Shown piece by piece: positions 1 to 10,049 of a stretch of DNA of 64,000 nt (position 1 is the first letter of the stretch; each line of letters starts with the position of its first letter). Under the pieces are notes generated by a model. The model was not told the DNA's origin. It saw nothing but the letters and a program-made list of their open reading frames with translations, and made no database searches. The DNA is from a virus. Location: IMG/VR virus record IMGVR_UViG_3300035529_000070, positions 58,114-122,113 of that record; one strand, given 5' to 3'. The translations under genes were made by a program, and so were the position numbers.

Positions 1-1744
1 AAGCGTAAGCATCGCGTTCTCTAGATAAAGCTAATATAGAATTTGTATCGGCAGATATATCAAGAACATCCACACCAGATAAATCAGCCTGTAATTTAAC
101 CGGTTCTTCTATATAAACAGGTACAGCAGATTCTATTTCTAACTGATACACATTTTCACCCCAAGTATATACATAGCCTTGGTCATCTAAAGCAACTGCA
201 TGGTTAGCATCAGCCGCTATTTTCAATATATTAACACCTGTTAAATCACCAGCAATTTGGGTAGGTACAGTGATATCAGAACCACCAGATATACCAGCTT
301 GTCCCATATCATTAGCACCAAAACTCCATACAGTTCCATCTGTCTTCACAACATATCCAGTGTTAGCTCCAGCCGCTATTGTTCTGGCAACACCTGTAAA
401 TTCTGTATTCTCTACTGGAGAATTTGAAGAACTAGCAACACCTAACTGTCCTCTATCGTTTCTACCAAATACATAAACCAAACTGGCTTCGGTCATGAGC
501 ATAGTTGAATAATCCATCGCTTTGATCTTTTTAACTTTTTCAGAAGCGCCTAGTTCACCTATGCCGTTTATAAGAGTAGATGTACCAGTGGCATCACTAA
601 TTCCTTGACCTAGTTGGCCGTAGTCATTATCTCCTTCGGTATAAACTTCACCAGATGTTGTCAACTCAACTGTATGGCCTATTCCTGTTTCTATATCCTG
701 ATTAATAACATTTGCAACTATCAGTTTAAATAAATTTTCTTCAGGCAATAAAACATTATATACATCTTTTGTATTTTTAGGAAATGCTGTATAAAATACT
801 GTATCTCCATCTTCAACTTGGAAATCATCAACCAAAGGAGCTACAGAATATTTATTTTTTTCTTCCGTTTCAGATACCAAATATCCATCTTGAATACCTT
901 GTGGATAATCAGTCATCTTTCTCCTAATCATAGTAGCTGCCCATTTAGGCTCATTAGGATCGGTATATGTTATTTTTGGTTTAGATATATCTTGATCATA
1001 TTCAACTAAAAACGATAACAATTTAGCTGTATAAACTTGATTATCATAAGGATTTATAGTTATAGATCTTGTTGTATTTTCATATATATCATTGACTCTC
1101 ATTTCCATGTTATAGAAGCTTCTGGAAAACTGTAAAACTCTATCGTTAAAACTTATTCTAACATGAGCAACAGCTCGGCTTCTCATGAGCCTTACATCAC
1201 CATTCACAACATCTATTATGATTTTATCTCCTTCTTCAAAATCGGGTTCTTTAACTTCTACATTAACTTTATAAATACCTGTTTTATTTGTTTTTGATAT
1301 TTCAAATCCTGGATATATCTTTGCGTTTAGAATAGGCAATCTAAAACTAACTATTCCAAGCCCAACTTCTTCTATAATCCCATAATAAGTATAATCGGGT
1401 ATTTCTGTTATATCCCAAGTTCCTCCACCTAAATCATCTGGCTTAGTTCCTCCAACAACAGGTGAGATTTGAACCACATCCTGAGGCTTCATACCCGTCA
1501 CGTTATCTAACGCTAATTCTCTACTGTTATTGAAAGCAACAACACTTTTGTTATTAGTATAAGGCGTTATTGGGATAATCATTTCTTCTATTACATGATT
1601 TGTGTCAGTTATGCCAGTTATTGTTTTAGTGTTCCCATCTTTATCTATAACTGATATTTTCGCCTGTCCATTACCAGCACCTATAATTCTGCCATGAGTA
1701 TCATAAGTGACTTGTTTGGATTCATTTAATATTGCTATTGCCAT
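1..1744 (-). CDS. Partial RCC1/BLIP-II-repeat virion protein (runs off the left edge; not in the ORF track)
   Basis: ATG at 1744-1742 after RBS GAGGTG. The stretches I translated are open and in one frame: MAIAILNESKQ...GHTVELTTSGEVYTEGDNDYGQLGQG...VYVFGRNDRGQLG (RCC1 repeats). WAATMIRRKMTDYPQGIQDG resembles WRYTTIVRKLGSYPVSISDG in 8569-9324. Confidence 0.8.
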   Translation of the reverse strand, partial: MAIAILNESKQVTYDTHGRIIGAGNGQAKISVIDKDGNTKTITGITDTNHVIEEMIIPITPYTNNKSVVAFNNSRELALDNVTGMKPQDVVQISPVVGGTKPDDLGGGTWDITEIPDYTYYGIIEEVGLGIVSFRLPILNAKIYPGFEISKTNKTGIYKVNVEVKEPDFEEGDKIIIDVVNGDVRLMRSRAVAHVRISFNDRVLQFSRSFYNMEMRVNDIYENTTRSITINPYDNQVYTAKLLSFLVEYDQDISKPKITYTDPNEPKWAATMIRRKMTDYPQGIQDGYLVSETEEKNKYSVAPLVDDFQVEDGDTVFYTAFPKNTKDVYNVLLPEENLFKLIVANVINQDIETGIGHTVELTTSGEVYTEGDNDYGQLGQGISDATGTSTLINGIGELGASEKVKKIKAMDYSTMLMTEASLVYVFGRNDRGQLGVASSSNSPVENTEFTGVARTIAAGANTGYVVKTDGTVWSFGANDMGQAGISGGSDITVPTQIAGDLTGVNILKIAADANHAVALDDQGYVYTWGENVYQLEIESAVPVYIEEPVKLQADLSGVDVLDISADTNSILALSRERDAYA

Positions 1745-1758
1745 TATGTTCACCTCTC

Positions 1759-2766
1759 TTAACTATTAATATAAACATCATATTCTTTTATTAATATATT
1801 TGAACCTTCATAAAATATCTTCATCTTACCTGTCATACCATTTAAAAAACCAGGAAGAGTAATTGCTGCATAGCCATCCTTCGAAACCATAGTTCCTGAA
1901 AATTGGATATTACCTATTTCATCGGCAATGACTACTTCTAAGTTTTCTGAGAACAATTTATGAGTTTGGAAACCTACAACTCCATCTAAATACAACAAAG
2001 CTGCGTCAAATATTTCTTGTTTATGGGTATTATAACCGTCGTTTATATTATATCTTTTTCCGCCTGTAATTGTGGTAATTGCAGATACTTTTTGCCTATA
2101 AACAGAGATGTCTAAGTTAGATACATCAGGATCATCAAAATCAAAAATATTAAAAATATATCCAGCATCTCTCAGCCTCGTTGCTAAATCGCTCCATTCT
2201 GCCACGGTATGATCTACCCATGCCATAGGTGTAAAATAGTTTAACACAACTCTATTATTTGTTTTGGGATAAGAATCTAATATCATCTCTAAATATTGAT
2301 AAAAATATTTACCATCACCTAAATATCTCCTGCCATTATAATCAAAAGAACCATAAAATTCCCCAAATATATTATTAGTACTATTTTCGTCTAACGGGGT
2401 ATAACTGCTCGTATAATACACACCTGGATCACTTATACTTGTATTCCATGAAATAGCTCTATATGTCGGATTAAATGAGCCAGGTGGAATATCTTCCATA
2501 CTAACTACAAAATCATTAAAGATATCCAACATCATAACCTTATAAGGACTTGGGTCGAAAAATCTAAGTGTCGGTGCTAAAAAAACCACATCCAAATTCT
2601 TCGTTAATTTCAAGTTATACAATCCATCATCTAATAGATTATAGTTAGCCGGATCAATATTAACTGACGATAAATCCAAATAACAGTAATTATCTATTTT
2701 TCTTAACTTTCTACCATTAGACAGTTTAAATCTTGTATAGTGTTTGAATATATCTCTATAACTCAT
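1759..2766 (-). CDS. Hypothetical virion/tail-associated protein (335 aa)
   Basis: Long ORF packed in the structural operon; no motif recognised. Confidence 0.6.
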   Translation of the reverse strand: MSYRDIFKHYTRFKLSNGRKLRKIDNYCYLDLSSVNIDPANYNLLDDGLYNLKLTKNLDVVFLAPTLRFFDPSPYKVMMLDIFNDFVVSMEDIPPGSFNPTYRAISWNTSISDPGVYYTSSYTPLDENSTNNIFGEFYGSFDYNGRRYLGDGKYFYQYLEMILDSYPKTNNRVVLNYFTPMAWVDHTVAEWSDLATRLRDAGYIFNIFDFDDPDVSNLDISVYRQKVSAITTITGGKRYNINDGYNTHKQEIFDAALLYLDGVVGFQTHKLFSENLEVVIADEIGNIQFSGTMVSKDGYAAITLPGFLNGMTGKMKIFYEGSNILIKEYDVYINS

Positions 2767-4583
2767 AGTACATCACCGTCCATCACTTTTAAATATATAG
2801 CAGGGAATTCAGGAATGAAACCTTTAGTATTACTTTTCAAAACAATTTTATGGTTTATTTTATTTTCTATATTTTCAAACGATTCTACTATCTTACCTAA
2901 TTTATGAACCCTAACATCGAAAGTTATTGTTTCCCCCGTGAACAATTTAGCTTTAATTCTCAGTTTTTCATTGGTCACGTCAGCACATTTTTTATAAGGG
3001 AAAATCAAATATCTTATACCATGTATAGGTTGTTGACAATATTTCATAGAACTAATCCTGACATAATTGTAATAATACTTTGTAGCCTGAGTTATCACCC
3101 TTATCCAGTTAAATGCTTTATCAGTTTTTAGAAACGCTTTAGCATTTATTCTCACCCAATTATATTTTGTTAATTTAACATCTTTTTCTATATTTTTGTA
3201 TAACATTGGAATAACATCCGGTATCATATTACCTATACTCGAAGATAATCTATCTATTATTCTTGTTAGAGATTCGTATTTATATTTCCTATTTTGATTA
3301 ATCAAAAAGTTTTTAGAAGAATAATTTAAATTGGAATCATTATAAATTAATAGCTTATCAGTTTTTCTAGAAATATCATTGGTAACAAACTGTATATCAG
3401 ATAACATTTGCCTAAAAACATCCATTTGGTTTGTAAATATAAACGTATTCACATTTCTATTAGATGGATTTTCAAGTGCCATAAGAGTTTCACTTAGACC
3501 TAAATGTCTGTAAGAGGATAAAGAACTAGGAGATATATTATTTTCTACAGTAGCTAATGATTTGACTCTATTAAAAGCTATATATTTTTCCGTTACAGAA
3601 TCTCGTCTCATATCATTAGCCATTAAATAGTTAAACACGTATTTTTCATCAGCCACAACAGAAGTTATCATCTTATTCATGATAAAAAAACTCTTTCCAA
3701 AGGAATTGTTTACCATATAATGTATAACCTTCCCAAAAGTTCCCAAATCAGAAGTGCTTAAATAATTTGATATAGTCTTATCTAAACTTCTTTTCATTGC
3801 AAACAAGAAGTTGAAATATGCATTATTGGAAGTATGTTTTAATCCAGATAAAATATTAAATAATCCTTTTTCTATTATAGTTTCTTCTTCTTGTATTACA
3901 TTAAACACTTTCTTTAAAGCATCATTGTTTTTAGTTAATATAGAATTAAACCAACCTATAGCCGTATCATAATCTATATTTTGCAAATTATCTTCATCTT
4001 TATAAATGTTATACACGTTGCCTAATAGTTCATCATATTGAAAAGGATCTCCTAAATCATACATGTTATAGAAATATTCTATAAACACTCTCAAAGCAGC
4101 TACTGTTAATTTAGAAACACTATCCCCAATTTTAAATTCTTCTAATTGTTTGATTGTTGTTTCAGAAGGAGTGGGTATATCTTTTTCTATAGCAGATAAT
4201 TCCAACATGCTCTGTATTCTTGGCATTTTTAGTTCTTCTTGAGGGTTAGGGGAAACTCTGACATAATTATAAAAAGTTTGTATATTATTTAAATCTAATT
4301 TTGAATAAACATTCGCACCAGCTTCAGTTACTATAGGTAATGAAAAAGAAATCCAGTTATAAGACTCTGGATTGTTTGGATCAGGTGTTATGTTATAACC
4401 TTGTGTTTTAACTTTTAAAAAAGAATTCCCTCTTTTATTGACTGTGCTATATACAACTTTGTTTTTTATAGATACATAATTGTATGAATAATATTTAACA
4501 TTGTTATTTACAGGAATACTTTGTATATATTTCTTTTGATAATAATTAACTGGATTGCTAATTCCAATATAATTATAAGGCAT
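2763..4583 (-). CDS. Hypothetical virion/tail-associated protein (606 aa)
   Basis: Long ORF overlapping both neighbours; no motif recognised. Confidence 0.6.
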   Translation of the reverse strand: MPYNYIGISNPVNYYQKKYIQSIPVNNNVKYYSYNYVSIKNKVVYSTVNKRGNSFLKVKTQGYNITPDPNNPESYNWISFSLPIVTEAGANVYSKLDLNNIQTFYNYVRVSPNPQEELKMPRIQSMLELSAIEKDIPTPSETTIKQLEEFKIGDSVSKLTVAALRVFIEYFYNMYDLGDPFQYDELLGNVYNIYKDEDNLQNIDYDTAIGWFNSILTKNNDALKKVFNVIQEEETIIEKGLFNILSGLKHTSNNAYFNFLFAMKRSLDKTISNYLSTSDLGTFGKVIHYMVNNSFGKSFFIMNKMITSVVADEKYVFNYLMANDMRRDSVTEKYIAFNRVKSLATVENNISPSSLSSYRHLGLSETLMALENPSNRNVNTFIFTNQMDVFRQMLSDIQFVTNDISRKTDKLLIYNDSNLNYSSKNFLINQNRKYKYESLTRIIDRLSSSIGNMIPDVIPMLYKNIEKDVKLTKYNWVRINAKAFLKTDKAFNWIRVITQATKYYYNYVRISSMKYCQQPIHGIRYLIFPYKKCADVTNEKLRIKAKLFTGETITFDVRVHKLGKIVESFENIENKINHKIVLKSNTKGFIPEFPAIYLKVMDGDVL

Positions 4584-5170
4584 TATAGGATAACTCCTCT
4601 AACTATAAAGGAAGACAACCCCTCAGTAGGATTATTTTCTGTAGAAAGATTTTTTATGTCAAATGGTGTTGAATATATCCCAGCATTCAAATTATTTTCC
4701 AACATTATCTTTTGTTGTTTATAAAAAGGGCAATTCGCATTACATTTGGTAGTTTGAAATTCCAATCTTCCTTTAGAACAATACTGTAATCCCGAGCCTT
4801 GCTCATAAATATTATTCTCACAATGTCCGTAATATTTAGCTTCAAGGTCTTCTTGCAATCCCAATATTTTTTGTCCATTTGTTGCTTCTAATATTTCAAA
4901 TAAGTCATTATCTTTTGATTTTTCTGTATATCTTTCCATAACAACTACATCTACCCTATTATCTGATGAAGTTATAACGGCATCTACCTCTCCCATTCTA
5001 GGAATAGCCTCTACTCCATACATATTTTTAAAAAAATAATCGGTGGAATTTATAGTCACTAAACCTTCTACATTCAGAACTTCAGAAGGAGCAATGTACA
5101 AAACATTACTCCCAACTGGAATCTCTTTATCTTCTAATACTAATTTATTCAATCTATTTGTTGTGAACAT
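4583..5170 (-). CDS. Tail-region protein with C-x13-C-x11-C-x3-C motif; paralogue of 10050-11174
   Basis: HCENNIY...YC...KCNANCPFY matches HCLNNIY...YC...KCNENCPFY; similar N-termini (RLNKLVLED vs RLLNKLLIIED). Confidence 0.65.
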   Translation of the reverse strand: MFTTNRLNKLVLEDKEIPVGSNVLYIAPSEVLNVEGLVTINSTDYFFKNMYGVEAIPRMGEVDAVITSSDNRVDVVVMERYTEKSKDNDLFEILEATNGQKILGLQEDLEAKYYGHCENNIYEQGSGLQYCSKGRLEFQTTKCNANCPFYKQQKIMLENNLNAGIYSTPFDIKNLSTENNPTEGLSSFIVRGVIL

Positions 5171-5185
5171 TTATAAACACCTCGT

Positions 5186-7093
5186 TTAATCGAAGTCAAT
5201 AAAAATCTGACTATCTTCAGATTTGTCCATACTAATTCTTTTAACTGTTAGTGGAACATACTCTTCATTTCTGATAGGTAATTTAACATAACTATTTACT
5301 TTGGCATATTCTAGCCAATACTGTTCAATAGTTGTTTCTTTATTACCTATTATTATTTTATCATTTGCGCCTATATTCGTTAAGTTTTTTAAATCTACCA
5401 ATTTGCCAGGGAATCGCCATTGCCTGATTTTCAATTCTTTCTCAACTGAATCATATTCCAATATAATAGGTCTTTCATAATTAGAGCTTTCCATGTATCC
5501 GGATATCTTATAAGTGTTACCGCCATAAGGATACATAAGCATTTCTTCTGTCACCGCTACAGTTTCTGGAATAACTGTTGTGACATTTTCAGGAATATCA
5601 GTATGTGGTTTATTTTGTGGAGCTGATAATTTCAAATAATAGTATTGAGTTGTAGAAAGCTCTTTAATTTTAATAGCTTCTTTCTTTTTATCTACATCAA
5701 AATCAACTTCCACCATAGTGTCACTATTTAAAACTTTAAAGTTCACATCATTGAGGTTTAAACGTTTCCAATCAGTTTTTATATTGCCGTTTGAATCTTT
5801 TTCCACTTTATATAAAAAATCTTCATTGAACCTAAGGTTTCTATTCTCCTGTTTTGCAAACATTTTATCCATAATCATATAAAACACTTTACTGTTATCT
5901 GCAGCCACTATCTTCAGCCTGAGCTTTATATTAGATGTTATAAGCCTTTCTGTTGATGTTTTGAATAGTTCTACACCATTCTCATTATATATAAAAAAGA
6001 ATTGCTTATATGAGCTTATATGAGCTTCTAAAGAAATAATCCCTGCAGGGATAACGCCATAATTGTACTTGTTAAATATTCTACTTGTATCTCCCATTTC
6101 ATTTTTATCTAATGTTAAGTCAACTGAATCTATTAAAGTATCTGTGTTATCTAAAAATTCTAATATAAACTTCGAATTTTCTATTCCTTGTATTATTTCA
6201 AAGGACGTTCTCAATCTAAATGGAAGTTTATATAAGTTGTTTGTTTGAATATAATAATTTGAATCGGCAATGTTAGAATTATTTATCACTAAGGCATTGC
6301 CATCTGATGTATATAATCCGTTGGCATTAGTGATATCCCAATTTGTTATATCTATAAAATCTTCATTTAAAACTGATGATTGTGTTGTAGACAAAGAAGG
6401 AGTAACAGAGGAACCGTATTGCATTTCTATTTGATCAATCGATTTTATATCTGGAAAGTCTATTGAATATTTAGCTGTAGGTTTAGAAGAACTAGCTGTT
6501 ATCATCCCTGTATATTCAAAGTTTGTCGCAGTATAAGTAGGCCCTTTATGTAATCCAAGTGCTCCATTTTCATTACTACCTTTAGCCATAATTCTACCAT
6601 CCGGGGTTTGAGCAATTATATGTTTTTCTCCACAAGAAATAGAAGCATACCTACCTATTTTGGTAAATTCTAATATAGACTCTTCTGATTTATTCGGCCA
6701 AAGTTTAGCTATTGGATTATTATATCCTATACCCCAAACATTATCGTCTTTATCATATACAAATAAATTAAAACTATCCATTTCGTATTTTGTGATATGA
6801 GCTATAGCAGGGGGGATGAATTGTTGCAATTCAGGAATTGATAACAAATCTCCTGTATATAAAACCCCATGTTCGTTGTTCCCTTCAACCCAGATAGTGT
6901 CATCATTTTTAAACACTATAATGTTTCTGCTGTTAGACTGAAAATCATTTACATCTGTAGCAAAAACTGTGGGCGTAGGATCACCATACGCCCATATATA
7001 TAATGTTCCATCTTCATTTAAGGAAACATATCTATCTTTATATTCGTCTTGTTTTATTATATTCGTGAACTCACTGTACTCGATTATTGGCAT
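5186..7093 (-). CDS. Tail-associated protein with degenerate N-terminal RCC1-like repeats
   Basis: IWVEGNNEHGVL, VWGIGYNN, ISCGEKHIIAQTPDGRIMAKGSNENGALG are RCC1-like. Confidence 0.65.
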   Translation of the reverse strand: MPIIEYSEFTNIIKQDEYKDRYVSLNEDGTLYIWAYGDPTPTVFATDVNDFQSNSRNIIVFKNDDTIWVEGNNEHGVLYTGDLLSIPELQQFIPPAIAHITKYEMDSFNLFVYDKDDNVWGIGYNNPIAKLWPNKSEESILEFTKIGRYASISCGEKHIIAQTPDGRIMAKGSNENGALGLHKGPTYTATNFEYTGMITASSSKPTAKYSIDFPDIKSIDQIEMQYGSSVTPSLSTTQSSVLNEDFIDITNWDITNANGLYTSDGNALVINNSNIADSNYYIQTNNLYKLPFRLRTSFEIIQGIENSKFILEFLDNTDTLIDSVDLTLDKNEMGDTSRIFNKYNYGVIPAGIISLEAHISSYKQFFFIYNENGVELFKTSTERLITSNIKLRLKIVAADNSKVFYMIMDKMFAKQENRNLRFNEDFLYKVEKDSNGNIKTDWKRLNLNDVNFKVLNSDTMVEVDFDVDKKKEAIKIKELSTTQYYYLKLSAPQNKPHTDIPENVTTVIPETVAVTEEMLMYPYGGNTYKISGYMESSNYERPIILEYDSVEKELKIRQWRFPGKLVDLKNLTNIGANDKIIIGNKETTIEQYWLEYAKVNSYVKLPIRNEEYVPLTVKRISMDKSEDSQIFIDFD

Positions 7094-7103
7094 AAATTAC
7101 ACC

Positions 7104-8567
7104 TCACTTATATATTGGTGTTAAATCATTCTTGGTTAATGTTTGAGCAGTTTTTAACGTAGTCATATTGTTAACAGGTAATTCTATGTTTTCCCCGCTA
7201 AAACTAGTCGCATCTATTAAGGTTGGAGTAGATATATTGGTTGTAGTGCCATCCCCAAGTTGCCCGACATGATTTCTACCCCAAGTATAGAGCTTGCCCG
7301 TCTCTGTTATGGCTGATGAGTGATATGTATTGTCAGACGAAGAATTCCAAAAACCTCCTAAACTAACAGCTACTATCTTCTCACCGCCAAAAGCATCTAT
7401 TAACGTTGGGGTAGGTCTGTTGGTTGTAGTGCCATCACCAATTTGGCCGTAATTATTAAAGCCCCAAGTATAGAGTTTGCCCGTTTCTGTTATGGCTGAG
7501 GAGTGATGCTGCCCTAAACTAACAGCTACTATCTTCTCTCCACCAAATGCGTCTATGAGGGTTGGAGTATTTCGTTGAGTTGTAGTACCATCACCTAGTT
7601 GACCTTGTGTATTATAGCCCCAAGTATAGAGTTTCCCCGTTTCCGTTATGGCTGAAGAATGATTGCCCCATAAACTAACAGCTACTATCTTCTCTCCACC
7701 AAATGCGTCTATGAGGGTTGGGGTATTTCGTTGAGTTGTAGTACCATCGCCAAGTTGGCCGTAATAATTATAGCCCCAAGTATAGAGTTTACCTGTTTCT
7801 GTTATGGCTGAAGTGTGATACGTTCCTAAACTAACAGATACTATCTTCTCGCCGCCAAATGAATCTATTAAGGTTGGAGTAGATATATTGGTTGTAGTGC
7901 CATCACCAATTTGGCCGTAATTATTAAAGCCCCAAGTATAGAGTTTGCCCGTTTCTGTTATGGCTGAGGAGTGATGCTGCCCTAAACTAACAGCTACTAT
8001 CTTCTCTCCACCAAATGCGTCTATGAGGGTTGGGGTATTTCGTTGAGTTGTAGTACCATCGCCAAGTTGGCCGTAATAATTATAGCCCCAAGTATAGAGT
8101 TTCCCCGTTTCCGTTATGGCTGAAGAATGATAATACCCTAAACTAACAGCTACTATCTTCTCGCCGCCAAATGAATCTATTAAGGTTGGAGTAGATATAT
8201 TGGTTGTAGTGCCATCACCAATTTGGCCGTAATTATTAAAGCCCCAAGTATAGAGTTTCCCCGTTTCTGTTATGGCTGAGGAGCTAGCATATGCTAAGCT
8301 AATAGTATAATTTTCACCGAATTTAGATTTTAAAACTCCCGAATCAACTATATCATTGAAAAATTTGATCTTTAAATTGTGTGTACCAATTGTTTTATTT
8401 TGCATCCTTACCCTAATCTTTTTTGTATCAGGATCAAAATCAAAAGGCACCTCATTATCCAATGAATCATATATTTTAAAATTACATCTTTTTCTACCTA
8501 AACTATCATATCCCATTACTGCGGGATTAAATGTTGCTCCCTCTGGAATGAAGATCTCTGTACCCAT
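7104..8567 (-). CDS. Seven-bladed RCC1/BLIP-II beta-propeller protein, candidate receptor-binding/adhesion protein
   Basis: Seven 52-aa repeats of SAITETGKLYTWGxNxxGQxGDGTTTxxxTPTLIDxFGGEKIVxVSLxxxH. Confidence 0.9.
   Translation of the reverse strand: MGTEIFIPEGATFNPAVMGYDSLGRKRCNFKIYDSLDNEVPFDFDPDTKKIRVRMQNKTIGTHNLKIKFFNDIVDSGVLKSKFGENYTISLAYASSSAITETGKLYTWGFNNYGQIGDGTTTNISTPTLIDSFGGEKIVAVSLGYYHSSAITETGKLYTWGYNYYGQLGDGTTTQRNTPTLIDAFGGEKIVAVSLGQHHSSAITETGKLYTWGFNNYGQIGDGTTTNISTPTLIDSFGGEKIVSVSLGTYHTSAITETGKLYTWGYNYYGQLGDGTTTQRNTPTLIDAFGGEKIVAVSLWGNHSSAITETGKLYTWGYNTQGQLGDGTTTQRNTPTLIDAFGGEKIVAVSLGQHHSSAITETGKLYTWGFNNYGQIGDGTTTNRPTPTLIDAFGGEKIVAVSLGGFWNSSSDNTYHSSAITETGKLYTWGRNHVGQLGDGTTTNISTPTLIDATSFSGENIELPVNNMTTLKTAQTLTKNDLTPIYK
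7210..8282 (-). repeat. About seven tandem 156-bp repeats, near-identical at DNA level
   Basis: TTATTAAAGC recurs at 7453, 7921 and 8233 (spacings 468 and 312 = multiples of 156); the last interval carries a 9-codon insertion. Confidence 0.95.
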
Positions 8568-8568
8568 G

Positions 8569-9324
8569 TTATACCACCTCTCCTAATGTTATTTCTACAT
8601 CTTCTCTGTATATATCAGAAGTTTTCTCTACATCAAATGAATATCCATCTATCATTTGTGTTGTTGTTGAATATGTGTCACCAGATATCTCTATACTTAC
8701 ATCGTCAAAGTTGTTATCTGGAACCGTTACTGTAAATTCATAACCAGAAATTAATTCGCTAGCATCTGTTTCCTGAATTGTTGATCTATTTTCAGGTAAA
8801 TCCGTGTTATCTAGCTCAAAAGTTTGCAAGGTAATAAATGCTCTATAATAATATCTATCCGTAGTATTAGCAAATACAACTTCATCTACATAAGCTAATG
8901 ATGCATATTTATTTAACTCTGCATTCCTAATAATAACGGTTCCATCTGAAATAGAAACAGGATAACTTCCTAATTTTCTTACTATTGTTGTATATCTCCA
9001 ATCTGGGCTTTGTGGATCTTGCCAGGTTAAATAGACTTTATCTTTGTTATAAGCATTTAAAGCTACGAAATTACTAACAGATAATCCTAAATTAACATCC
9101 GACTCTACTTCTGGAGCATCAATATAATTTACAGCACCATCTTTTTGTTGTACAACAATTTTCGTTGCCTCAACTTTTATATCATCGGCATTTGTTATAG
9201 GTAATTCCACAGGTTTATCTGGGTTGTATAAACTTATAACCTTCCCATCATTAGTTACCAATACACTGTTAACTATCTTTTTCGCATTGGAGATGTTTTC
9301 TATCTTTCTAAACCCTATCGCCAT
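8569..9324 (-). CDS. Tail-associated protein; N-terminus paralogous to 9326-9646
   Basis: Shared LVTNDGKVI...DDI segment. Confidence 0.65.
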   Translation of the reverse strand: MAIGFRKIENISNAKKIVNSVLVTNDGKVISLYNPDKPVELPITNADDIKVEATKIVVQQKDGAVNYIDAPEVESDVNLGLSVSNFVALNAYNKDKVYLTWQDPQSPDWRYTTIVRKLGSYPVSISDGTVIIRNAELNKYASLAYVDEVVFANTTDRYYYRAFITLQTFELDNTDLPENRSTIQETDASELISGYEFTVTVPDNNFDDVSIEISGDTYSTTTQMIDGYSFDVEKTSDIYREDVEITLGEVV

Positions 9325-9325
9325 T

Positions 9326-9646
9326 TTAAATCACCTCCATACTACCCAAATCTATAGAAATATAAATATTATTGCCTTCATTTGGTATATCATCAGGTAT
9401 ATTCAAATTAAATTCTAAACCAAGAAATTCTTTTTCTGGATTTTGAATAACCTCTTCTGTTTGTTCCTTTGTTTTTATTATTATCTTATCAGCTATAAAA
9501 GCTATATCGTCTACAGTTGGTATATCTAATTTCACAGTATTTGTAGGAGAAGATACTCTTATAACTTTTCCATCATTGGTAACTAGTTTATCCTTCTTCA
9601 ATTTTTTAACATTTTCTACGCCTATTATCTTCTCAAAACCAGCCAT
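9326..9646 (-). CDS. Small tail-associated protein
   Basis: Paralogue of the 8569-9324 N-terminus; C-terminus resembles the end of 10050-11174. Confidence 0.65.
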   Translation of the reverse strand: MAGFEKIIGVENVKKLKKDKLVTNDGKVIRVSSPTNTVKLDIPTVDDIAFIADKIIIKTKEQTEEVIQNPEKEFLGLEFNLNIPDDIPNEGNNIYISIDLGSMEVI

Positions 9647-9683
9647 TTATCATCACCGAATCGGTTGTAGGAAGCCTTTGCCT

Positions 9684-9791
9684 TTAGGCTTGGGAGGAAT
9701 ACAACCAATTCTCCCTCCTTTCAATATTATATTTAAACCCATCAATTTTTTGAATAAAAGGTTTATTATGTTTATCTAAAACAAATACCAT
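9684..9791 (-). pseudogene. iscB: Internally deleted iscB (35 codons)
   Basis: RBS AAGGAGG then MVFVLDKHNKP (start of the PLMP domain) fused in frame to FIQKIDGFKY.. (IscB-like C-terminus); RuvC/HNH absent. Confidence 0.8.
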
Positions 9792-9799
9792 AGGTTTTT

Positions 9800-10048
9800 A
9801 AACCTCCTTGCTCGTGTTGAGCAGTAATCTTGATATACATCAAGCCACATCGCCAATGTTATTTATGCTTTTTGCGTCAAGCACACTATTCATACCAACT
9901 TTAGAATTGTTTAATGCTAAACGACAGAGCATCAGACTTGTGGAGCATCCGAAGGTGTCATGACATAAATAACGTAGTCATTTAAGACTTAGGCTAGTCA
10001 ACTAAGTTGGCTTTTTCAAGTCAACTCCTTCAGGGGTTGGTAGTTGAC
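9800..10048 (-). ncRNA. omega-RNA (HEARO-type) scaffold of an IscB element; guide would be the adjacent 5' flank (about 10049-10068)
   Basis: Ordered blocks I recognise from IscB omega-RNAs: GTCAACTACC, GTTGACTAGCCTAAG, GACTACGTT, ATGACACC..GGATGC, CAAGTC..GCTCTGTCG, TAAACA, AACATTGGCGA. The 3' boundary is approximate. Confidence 0.85.
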
Positions 10049-10049
10049 C

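Larger units (their letters stand above)
9657..10048 (-). mobile_element. Non-autonomous IS200/IS605-superfamily (IscB-type) mini-element, 392 bp
   Basis: Minus strand begins GTCAACTACC and ends with the ATTCCTCCCAAGCCTAAAGGCAAAGGCTTCCT end motif. Removing it rejoins GAATGAG+GTGATGATAAATG, which restores the phage RBS GAGGTG. Confidence 0.88.

Noticed and set aside
270-1009. Plus-strand ORFs 270-476 and 818-1009
   Set aside because: Antisense shadows of the real minus-strand gene 1-1744
7210-8282. Diversity-generating retroelement TR/VR pair
   Set aside because: Differences between repeats are not adenine-specific, all copies are in-frame blades of one gene, and no reverse transcriptase is in the window
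9576-9779. Plus-strand 67-aa ORF
   Set aside because: Antisense to the IS end and the tail gene; no protein signal
9657-10048. Group I intron/IStron or tRNA-like element
   Set aside because: Sequence blocks match an omega-RNA, no group I core was recognised, and the insertion is intergenic
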